Part shown: positions 1 through 7,398 of the stretch, in pieces
Layout: every line of letters begins with the position of its first letter
Position numbering within the stretch: the first letter of the stretch is position 1
NCBI GenBank assembly: GCA_006218035.1
Contig: VBWC01000010.1
Span: 203,572 to 267,571, forward strand
Reading direction: 5' to 3'
Length of the DNA stretch: 64,000 nucleotides
Source of the DNA: Gammaproteobacteria bacterium
GTDB taxonomy: Bacteria; Pseudomonadota; Gammaproteobacteria; VBWC01
Translations under genes and position numbers: made by a program
Notes under the pieces: generated by a model
Seen by the model: the letters and a program-made list of their open reading frames with translations, nothing else
Databases searched by the model: none
What the model was told of the DNA's origin: nothing

Positions 1-2
1 CG

Positions 3-434
3 CGGCCGCTCGGTGAGCCGTTTCAGCTCGACGAGTATCGGCTCGAACACGGACTGCAATTCGGTGCGCCAGTTGAATGCCGTTTCGGTTTTTACACCGA
101 ACAGGCTGAGGTCCGCCCCGCCGGTCGCCATCATTTCCCACGCGGTCTGTAACGATTCCAGATCGAGCTCCAGTTGCTCGACGTCTTTGGCGATGCGCTC
201 GCGCTCCTGCGCATCCCGAGTGGCAGCCAGATCCCGCCGCCGCCCGGAGAGCTCCTGGCTTTTGGCGTTGATGGTGGTGACCAGTACATCGAGATGCGGC
301 CAATTGCCCGGGCTGGCCGCGGTTTCTGCGGTTGGCGCGGCCGCGGTCTCATCGCCGGGCGCGGCGTGCGCGTTGGCCAGCACACCGCTGGCGATGACGG
401 CAAGGAGCAGAATTCGAATCAGTGTGGCGGTCAT
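3..434 (-). CDS. N-terminal part of a probable mechanosensitive channel (MscS-family) protein with signal peptide and coiled-coil periplasmic region; runs off the window start
   Basis: Not in the ORF track because it has no stop in the window. Translated by hand from ATG 434: MTATLIRILLLAVIASGVLANAHAAPG...FNWRTELQSVFEPILVELKRLTERP. It has a signal peptide and coiled coil, and the last segment resembles large periplasmic-domain MscS proteins as I recall them. Confidence 0.55.
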   Translation of the reverse strand, partial: MTATLIRILLLAVIASGVLANAHAAPGDETAAAPTAETAASPGNWPHLDVLVTTINAKSQELSGRRRDLAATRDAQERERIAKDVEQLELDLESLQTAWEMMATGGADLSLFGVKTETAFNWRTELQSVFEPILVELKRLTERP

Positions 435-456
435 ATATCGTGGCCTTTAATGAATG

Positions 457-628
457 AGGGAAATCCTGATCAAGTGGCTTCTTGTCATTTCGACCGCAGG
501 CGACCGCCATGGATGGCGGAAGGTTGATGCGGTGGACTCGCATCGGAGCGTTTACTACCCGGATTTCTCGCCAGCTCCCTCGCGATGCTCGGGACAGGGC
601 TCGAAATGACACTTAATCAGAGCTTCCT
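457..628. mobile_element. MITE-like element with imperfect terminal inverted repeats enclosing a TGTCATTTCGA-type REP pair
   Basis: Outer ends AGGGAAATCCTGAT (457-470) and ATCAGAGCTTCCT (616-628) belong to the same family as the ends at 30444/30616. Inner inverted pair TGTCATTTCGA (483-493) / TCGAAATGACA (601-611). Confidence 0.55.
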
Positions 629-772
629 GAGGTGATTCTCGACGATCCGCGCGGTTGTGACAACCGGCACGGCGGGGTTGGTAACAAGAGCGTCATGCCG
701 CGAGCGGCGAACGAGGGCAACGCATGGAGGTACTGCCGGGAACGAGGCGAATTTACCGCAACGATGAATTGA

Positions 773-979
773 CCCCCTCACCCTGAGGGAGAGGGGGTAA
801 AAACAGGATCCGCGATTTGTAGGATGGGTGGAGCCGCAGGCGTAACCCATCAGAACCCGCGACTGTCATTCCGGGCGGCGCGCAGCGTACGAGTCCACGG
901 ATGGGCGAGGTAGAGTCGTGCCGGGAGCAAGGACCGAGACCATGTCTGGAACTAATGGTCGAGACCCGGAATCCAGAGG
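773..979. repeat. Composite REP cluster: CCCTC..GGGAGAG REP, GTAG-type REP (819-851) and GTCATTCCGGG..CCCGGAATCC REP interrupted by mini-elements
   Basis: 804-887 is nearly identical to 2747-2829. The same modules occur inverted at 10460-10582. Confidence 0.85.
889..936 (+). mobile_element. 48-bp two-hairpin mini-element (type B) inserted in a REP
   Basis: 45/48 identical to the reverse complement of 10639-10686; absent from the homologous REP at about 2807-2848. Confidence 0.7.
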
Positions 980-1175
980 TGGCCGGGGGCGGCTGGATCG
1001 CGCAGGCGATCGCGTCGAGGTTTAGTTGGCCGGCGATTACGCGAGCGACACGCTAATGATATTGCCGACGTGTTAGCTATTGTGTCGTGTTGGGTGTTGG
1101 CAATTGATCGGTCACTGGTGGCGATCGCAGTGCATCGGGTAGCGCATCTGCAATCCATCAGTCCAACCACCCGAA

Positions 1176-1220
1176 CGAGGATCAGAGAAACAGGCGCAAG
1201 GCCTGTTTCTCTGATCCTCG
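1176..1220. terminator. Perfect 20-bp stem-loop downstream of the DUF2892 gene (terminator or stabilising hairpin)
   Basis: CGAGGATCAGAGAAACAGGC-gcaag-GCCTGTTTCTCTGATCCTCG; no clear U-tract. Confidence 0.5.
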
Positions 1221-1280
1221 CGTATGGACCGAACGTTCACATGGCGGTGCGGTCTATACGGCGTGCATTGGCGTCCCGGG

Positions 1281-1541
1281 TCACGCGGCCGCGGTGGCTG
1301 ACTTGGCCTTGATTCCGGGGAAGGCCAGGCTCTTGAACAATGAGTAAGCCGGGTCCCAGCCGATAATCGCACTGATAATCGTCGGTATCGCCAGCAAGGG
1401 CAGGATAACCATCCAACCGGCAAACTCCGGCGCGGCAAGCAGGAACGCCACTATCACTGCCGTCCCGATAAGAAACCGCGCAAACCGGTCCACGTTGCCC
1501 AAATTCGGGTTAAAATTGAAATGCCATTTAATCGTGTTCAC
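1281..1541 (-). CDS. DUF2892 / YgaP-like small membrane protein (~86 aa)
   Basis: NLGNVDRFARFLIG...GWDPAYSLF motif with two TM helices. GTG 1541 preceded by GGAG is preferred over the ORF-track start at 1673. Confidence 0.75.
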   Translation of the reverse strand: MNTIKWHFNFNPNLGNVDRFARFLIGTAVIVAFLLAAPEFAGWMVILPLLAIPTIISAIIGWDPAYSLFKSLAFPGIKAKSATAAA

Positions 1542-1713
1542 GTTCTTTTCTCCATTACGTCTATCCATGAATCGGCTCCTGTCAGGGGCCTGTCCACAGG
1601 CTGCTCGACTGAGCAGGTGAGCACAATGCCCTTTTGCGCGGGCGATATCCAATGACATATTCACATCGGACACATAACCATCAAGCTATGAGTAACAAGG
1701 CAGACCACATCAG

Positions 1714-2652
1714 ATGAATCTCTCACCGCGCAATTTCAAGAATGTTTCCTTTCGCCAACTGCAGGTATTCGAGTGTGTCGCGAACCTCGGTAACTTCACC
1801 GCCGCTTCGCGCGAGCTGCACATCACGCAGCCGACCGTTTCCATGCAGATGAAGAGACTGGAAGAATCGCTGAATACACGCTTGTTCGAACAGGTCGGGC
1901 GTCAGGTGCACCTGACCTACGAGGGCCATGCGTTTCTGACCACGTGTCGCGAGATATTCACAGCGGTGACGCGTTTCGATACGCGTATCGAAAACCGCAT
2001 CGAAACGGTGAGCGGCACACTCAGAATATCCGGCGTGACGACCACCGAATATTTTGTGTCGGTGCTGGTCGGGGCGTTCAAGCAGTTTTATCCGCAGGTA
2101 AATTTTTCCCTGAGCATCCTTGAGCGCGAAAATCTGTTTCGACGCCTGAAAGACAATTCCGACGACCTGTACCTGCTCGATCAGGTGCCGAAAAATATCG
2201 AGGTCGAAGCTATTCCATTTATCAAAAACCCGCTCGTCATCGTCGCTTCCGCCCATCATCCGCTCGCTAAGCGTAAGCATCTGACGATGGATGCGCTGCT
2301 GAACGAGACGTTTCTGCTGCGGGAACCGACGTCCGGTACGCGTATCGCACTGAAAAAGTTTCTGGAGAGCAAGGCCATCACCTTGAACATCGGCATGGAG
2401 CTGAGCAGCAACGAAGCGCTGAAGCAGGCGGTGGCGAGCAATATGGGTCTGTCGGTGCTGTCGCAGTACTGCGTCGCGCGCGAGTGCGCGCGCGGTGAAC
2501 TGGTGATGCTCAATGTGCATGGATTTCCGCTCGTCGATCGCTGGTACATCGTTCACCCGAAAGACCGGCATTTGTCACCGGCCGCGGCGGCATTTCTGCG
2601 CTTCCTGCTGGATGACGGCGCCGGTGTGATCGAGCAGATCGTGCGGGTGTAA
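1714..2652 (+). CDS. LysR-family regulator, CbbR/RbcR/CmpR-like subgroup
   Basis: HTH FTAASRELHITQPTVSMQMKRLE; effector-domain signatures SSNEALKQAV, LNVHGFPL..WYIVH and LSPAAAAF are typical of CbbR-type LTTRs. Confidence 0.85.
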   Translation: MNLSPRNFKNVSFRQLQVFECVANLGNFTAASRELHITQPTVSMQMKRLEESLNTRLFEQVGRQVHLTYEGHAFLTTCREIFTAVTRFDTRIENRIETVSGTLRISGVTTTEYFVSVLVGAFKQFYPQVNFSLSILERENLFRRLKDNSDDLYLLDQVPKNIEVEAIPFIKNPLVIVASAHHPLAKRKHLTMDALLNETFLLREPTSGTRIALKKFLESKAITLNIGMELSSNEALKQAVASNMGLSVLSQYCVARECARGELVMLNVHGFPLVDRWYIVHPKDRHLSPAAAAFLRFLLDDGAGVIEQIVRV

Positions 2653-2697
2653 GGCCGGCCGGCGAGCATGCAAGGGATAACTACATTATCAAATGAC

Positions 2698-2896
2698 TCC
2701 CTCACCCCAACCCGATACCCGCAAGGCATAAATCCCTGAGGGAGAGCAGGATCCGCGATTTGTAGGATGAGTGGAGCCACAGGCGTAACCCATCAGAACT
2801 CGCAACTGTCATTCCGGGCGGCGCATAGCGCCGACCCGGAATCCAGAGTTTGCTGGTTTGGAAAAAAGCTGGATTCCCGCGTTCGCGGGAATGACG
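2698..2896. repeat. Composite REP cluster (second copy) including an ATTCCC-N8-GGGAAT unit
   Basis: GTAG-REP at 2762-2794; intact GTCATTCCGGGCGGCGCATAGCGCCGACCCGGAATCC; GGATTCCCGCGTTCGCGGGAATGAC at 2871-2895; 17-bp insert at 2716-2732. Confidence 0.85.
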
Positions 2897-2972
2897 ATGG
2901 TCTTTTATTTCTTCGCGGCGACCGTTTTGCGCGCGGCGCTGGCGCGACGGCGGGCCACGGCCCGCTTTTCCA

Positions 2973-5900
2973 TCAACTCTCCAGCAACCGCACAAACTCC
3001 CGTGACGGCACGGCGGGGGAATAGAGGAATCCCTGGGCGTAGTCGCAGCCGAAGGAGGCGAGCAGGTCGTGCTGTGCCTGGGTTTCGATGCCTTCGGCAA
3101 CGGTGCGGATGCCGAGCTTGCGGGCCATGACGATGATGGCCTCGACCAGCGCGATGTCGTTGTCGTTGCCGGGCAGGTAGTGCACGAACGAGCGGTCGAT
3201 CTTGAGGTAGTCGATGTTGAATTGTTTCAGGTACGACAGCGACGAGAAGCCGGTGCCGAAGTCGTCGATCGATACTTCGATACCGTTGTTTCTGAATTCC
3301 AGCAGGCGCTGTTTGACCTTGGGCGATTCCTTGAGCAGCAATCCCTCGGTGATTTCCACGGTGATACTGTCGCCCGGCAGGCCAAGGTCTTCCAGAATTT
3401 TCGACCACTGCTTGACGACGGGAAGCTCGAACTGTACCGGCGATTTGTTGATACTGACCTGGATGATGTCGCCGAACTGCTTGCGCCACTGGTCAATGTT
3501 GACGCAGGCATCCTGAAATACCCATTCGCAGATGTCGGCGATCATCCGGGATTCTTCGGCCAGCGGAATGAACACTTCGGGCTCGATCATGCCGCGCACG
3601 GGATGTTGCCAGCGCAACAGCGCTTCGGCCTTGACGATCTTGCGGTGCTTCATGTCGATGATGGGTTGATAGAACACGCGAAGCTCGCCCTTTGTCAGCG
3701 CGTGCCGCAAATCATCGGTCAGCGCGCGCTTCTCCTGTGCTTCCTGTTGCATCGATGGCGTGAAGTAACCGAAGCGGCTGCGCCCTTCGCCTTTCGCGCG
3801 GTACATAGCCTGGTCGACGTGTTTCATCAGGCTGTCGAAGTCCTGCGCGTCATCGGGGCACAGCGTAATGCCGACGGTCGCGGAGATATAACCGAAGTCT
3901 TTGCTGCCGAGGCAAAAGGGCTTGTTCAGTTCCTGAATGATTTCCTGCGCGACGCGCTCGACGTCGTCCGTGTCGCCGAATTCAGGCAGGATCACCGTGA
4001 ACTCATCACCGCCGAGGCGCGCGACCGTATCGGCATCGCGCACGCAGGCGCTGATGCGGCGTGCGGCCTCGATCAGCAGCACGTCACCCTTGGCGTGTCC
4101 CAGCGTGTCGTTGATTTCCTTGAAGCGATCGAGATCGATCAATAACAGCGCAATTGGCGAACCGGTGCGGTGGGACTTGCGGATCTCCATTTCCAGACGG
4201 TCCTGGAACAACCGGCGGTTGGGCAGGTTGGTCAGCGGATCATAATTGGCCTGCGTCCAGATCAGTTCGTCCTGGCGCTTCTTTTCGGTGATGTCGGAAA
4301 ACTGCGCGATATGGCGGTAGACACTGCCGTCGGCATGGGGGATGACGCTGATGTTGACCCATTTGGCGTACACCTCGCCGTTCTTGCGCCGGTCCCAGAT
4401 TTCGCCCTGCCAGTGGCCGTCGTTGAGAATGCCGCGCCACATCTCACGGTAAAACGCGTCGTCGTGCCGGCCGGACTGCAACAGGCTCGGGTTCTGGCCG
4501 GCGACCTCGGCCAATGTATAGCCGGTGATGCGCGTGAAAGCCGGGTTGATGTCGACGATGCGGTTGCGCTCGTCGGTCACCATGATGGCTTCCATGCTGG
4601 ATTCGTAGATCGACGCCGCCAGCCGCATGTTCTCTTCGGCCTGCTTGCGCTCGGTGATGTCCATGGCCGCGCCAATTGCGTAACGGGGCTTGCCGGCACG
4701 GCCGCGCACGATAACGCCGCGATCGTGTACCCAGAACACCGTGCCGTCGCGACGTATCAGTCGATGCTCTGTGTCATAGGCGCCTGATTCGAGACCCAGA
4801 TCCCAGGCCCGGCGTATCTCCGGCACGTCGTCCGGATGCATATGGGAAAACCAGTCTTCCAGCGGCTGCGTGCTCGGCTCCGCCGGCAGGCCAAGCATGC
4901 GGTTCAACGAGGCATCGCGGGTGTCGATGTTAGTGCGCAAATCGACGCGCCAGGTACCGGTATTGCTCGCGTCCAGCGCCTGTTCGAGTCGCTCGTGACT
5001 TTCGCGCATCGCCGCTTCGATTCGCTTGAGCTCGGTGATGTCCCAGTGGGTGCCGACCAGACGCTGCACGCGGCCATGCTCGTCACACACAATTTCGCCA
5101 TGGGCCTTGATGTGCCGTATTGCGCCGTCCGGCCGGACGATGCGGAACTCGGTATCGAAGGGATTCGGTTCCCGTAGACAGGCCTGTACGTCGGCTTCCG
5201 CCTGCGCAATATCGTCCGGATGCACGCGGCAGCGCCATGCTTCGTAATCGCCCGAGAATTCCTCGCGACGTATGCCGTAGAGCGGAAACATGCTGTCGCC
5301 CCAGATAAGTTTGCCGCTGTCGACATTCCAGTCCCAGATACCGACGCCACCCGCGCGCGTGGCGAGTGCGAGGCGCCCTGCGCTTTCGCGCAGCGCGTTC
5401 TCCATTTGCTTGCGCTCGGTGAGGTCGACGATGGCGCCGACGGTACGCACCAGGCGGCGCGCGGCTCCCTGACCTTCGAACACGGCCTGTGAACGCGCGA
5501 TCACCCAGCGTATCGTGCCGTCGGTGCGCACCAGCCGGAACTCGACGACAAACAGTCCGTCGGCCTCGGCAGTGGCTAGATCGTGGGCATTGCGGATACT
5601 CGTCATGACTCGCTCGCGATCGTCCGGATGAACATGCGCGACAAAGGCATCGAACGTCGCCGGGTCATTGGGCGCGCGGCCGTAGATGTCCCGCAGCTCG
5701 GGAGACCAGTAGAGCGTGCCGGTGACGTGATCATGATCGAAGATGCCGCTGCGGGACGCGCGGGTCGCCTGCCGCAGCCGTTCCTCGCTTTGCTGCAAGG
5801 CCTCCGCGGCCTGCTTGCTCGCGGTGATATCGCGCGCGAATCCAACCGTGCCGAGCACATTGCCGTCCTTGTCGAGGATCGGCGTCTTGTTGGTCTCGAC

Positions 5901-6941
5901 CCAGATGTGGCGGCCCTTATCCACCACGTATTCTTCGATCTGTTTTCGTTTGCGCGTCGCCATGACCTCGGCATCGTCCGCACGGAATTTTTCCGCCAGC
6001 TCCCGCGGCCAGACATCGAGGTCCGTTTTGCCCAGTATTTCCTGCGGATCCGTTCTTCCAGCCGATATCACGTGTGGCATATTGACTGCGATGTAACGCC
6101 CTTCGGTATCCTTCAGCCACAGCAGATGCGGAATATTGTCCAGGATGGCATTCAGGTTAGCCTTTTCCTGCATCAGCGCGCGCTCGGCCTGCTTGAGTGC
6201 GGTGATGTCGTGGAACACACACTGGAAAATGATCTGGCCGTCGGGCAGGGTGATGGTGCGAATTGACACTTTTACGTCGAGAATGCGCCCGCTTTTCGTT
6301 TTGTGCCGGGACATGAAATCCTGCCTGCCGGTCGCCATGAGCCGCTGCATGATTTCCTGTATCTGAGCTTCGTTGAAGGCCAGCGAGTAATCCTTGACCC
6401 GCAGTTGCAGCATCTCCTCGGCCGAGTATTCGTAGACACGCAGCGCCTCGTCGTTGAAGCCGATGACGCGGTAATCGCTATTAATCAGCACGACACTGTC
6501 CGGCAACTGGCTGAAGAGCGTCTGGTAGCGCAGCTCGATCGCCTGTTTGTCGTTTTCGAGCCGCTTGTGAGCCGTGATGTCTTCGACAAGACACAGCAGG
6601 CTGTCGGGGGCGGCGGTGTCTCCTTTGATCGGTATCACGAGCACCGACGCCCAGATAACGGTGTTGTCCTTGCACAGGTAACGTTTCTCAACGCGGTAAC
6701 TGGGGATATTCCCGATTACCAGCTCGCTCAGACCGTCGATGTTGTGACGGATATCGTCAGGATGGGTAATTTCAGTGAAGCTGCGCCCGATCAGCTCGGC
6801 GCGGGGATAACCGAGCATTGCGCAGTAGGATGGATTGACGTCGAGAATCGTGCCGGCCAGATTTCCGTGGACGACCCCCAGCCCGGACGGCGCCAGCGCG
6901 GCAAATATTTCCGTTACCGTCGTATGTGACCGCCTGGACAT
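2973..6941 (-). CDS. Cytoplasmic diguanylate cyclase/phosphodiesterase with about 7 PAS/PAC domains (PAS-GGDEF-EAL)
   Basis: Repeated HPDD / DIT..K PAS-PAC ends; RDAD I-site five residues before GGDEF; EALLRW and DDFGTGFSSL intact. ATG 6941 follows GGAAGAGG (the ORF track starts at 6962). Confidence 0.95.
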   Translation of the reverse strand: MSRRSHTTVTEIFAALAPSGLGVVHGNLAGTILDVNPSYCAMLGYPRAELIGRSFTEITHPDDIRHNIDGLSELVIGNIPSYRVEKRYLCKDNTVIWASVLVIPIKGDTAAPDSLLCLVEDITAHKRLENDKQAIELRYQTLFSQLPDSVVLINSDYRVIGFNDEALRVYEYSAEEMLQLRVKDYSLAFNEAQIQEIMQRLMATGRQDFMSRHKTKSGRILDVKVSIRTITLPDGQIIFQCVFHDITALKQAERALMQEKANLNAILDNIPHLLWLKDTEGRYIAVNMPHVISAGRTDPQEILGKTDLDVWPRELAEKFRADDAEVMATRKRKQIEEYVVDKGRHIWVETNKTPILDKDGNVLGTVGFARDITASKQAAEALQQSEERLRQATRASRSGIFDHDHVTGTLYWSPELRDIYGRAPNDPATFDAFVAHVHPDDRERVMTSIRNAHDLATAEADGLFVVEFRLVRTDGTIRWVIARSQAVFEGQGAARRLVRTVGAIVDLTERKQMENALRESAGRLALATRAGGVGIWDWNVDSGKLIWGDSMFPLYGIRREEFSGDYEAWRCRVHPDDIAQAEADVQACLREPNPFDTEFRIVRPDGAIRHIKAHGEIVCDEHGRVQRLVGTHWDITELKRIEAAMRESHERLEQALDASNTGTWRVDLRTNIDTRDASLNRMLGLPAEPSTQPLEDWFSHMHPDDVPEIRRAWDLGLESGAYDTEHRLIRRDGTVFWVHDRGVIVRGRAGKPRYAIGAAMDITERKQAEENMRLAASIYESSMEAIMVTDERNRIVDINPAFTRITGYTLAEVAGQNPSLLQSGRHDDAFYREMWRGILNDGHWQGEIWDRRKNGEVYAKWVNISVIPHADGSVYRHIAQFSDITEKKRQDELIWTQANYDPLTNLPNRRLFQDRLEMEIRKSHRTGSPIALLLIDLDRFKEINDTLGHAKGDVLLIEAARRISACVRDADTVARLGGDEFTVILPEFGDTDDVERVAQEIIQELNKPFCLGSKDFGYISATVGITLCPDDAQDFDSLMKHVDQAMYRAKGEGRSRFGYFTPSMQQEAQEKRALTDDLRHALTKGELRVFYQPIIDMKHRKIVKAEALLRWQHPVRGMIEPEVFIPLAEESRMIADICEWVFQDACVNIDQWRKQFGDIIQVSINKSPVQFELPVVKQWSKILEDLGLPGDSITVEITEGLLLKESPKVKQRLLEFRNNGIEVSIDDFGTGFSSLSYLKQFNIDYLKIDRSFVHYLPGNDNDIALVEAIIVMARKLGIRTVAEGIETQAQHDLLASFGCDYAQGFLYSPAVPSREFVRLLES

Positions 6942-7158
6942 ACCTCTTCCCGGATCGAACAACCACTGCCGGCCATATTGGCTTTTCCTGGCCGCCGTGT
7001 AAACCCGGGGAGATCAGGGTGTGAGATATTGGCGGCTGGCACCGGGTTACCGGCCGGGCGTCGCTTAGCTTCGACGCGTTTGGGGAGTGATCACCGTTAT
7101 AAGGCGGGCATCACGGAGTTAACCCAATTTGGGTCGGTATCATTCCGACCTGGATCGG

Positions 7159-7337
7159 TGTCATTTCGACCGCAGGCGACCGCCATGGATGGCGGAGGGT
7201 AGAGCAACGCAGGAGCAGTTGCCGGGAGAAATCCGTGTCTCGAACATCCGTTCGAAAAAAAGGTCTCTCACCTTCGTTCGAGACATGGATTTCTCGCCCG
7301 CCCCCTCGCTGCGCTCGGGACCAGGCTCGAAATAACA
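7159..7337. repeat. TGTCATTTCGA-type REP pair (REPIN-like) carrying a 49-bp mini-element (type A, 7176-7224)
   Basis: Ends TGTCATTTCGA / TCGAAATAACA; inner GAGAAATCC...GGATTTCTC inverted repeat; homologous to 483-611. Confidence 0.8.
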
Positions 7338-7398
7338 GGTGGGTAATACCACCGAATCGTCGTTCAAGGCCCGGGCTTTCCCGGCCGTGGACAATCCG

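Noticed and set aside
952..1312. ORFs 952-1170 (-) and 1070-1312 (+)
   Set aside because: No recognisable domain or RBS; they run through a REP or the 20-bp hairpin.
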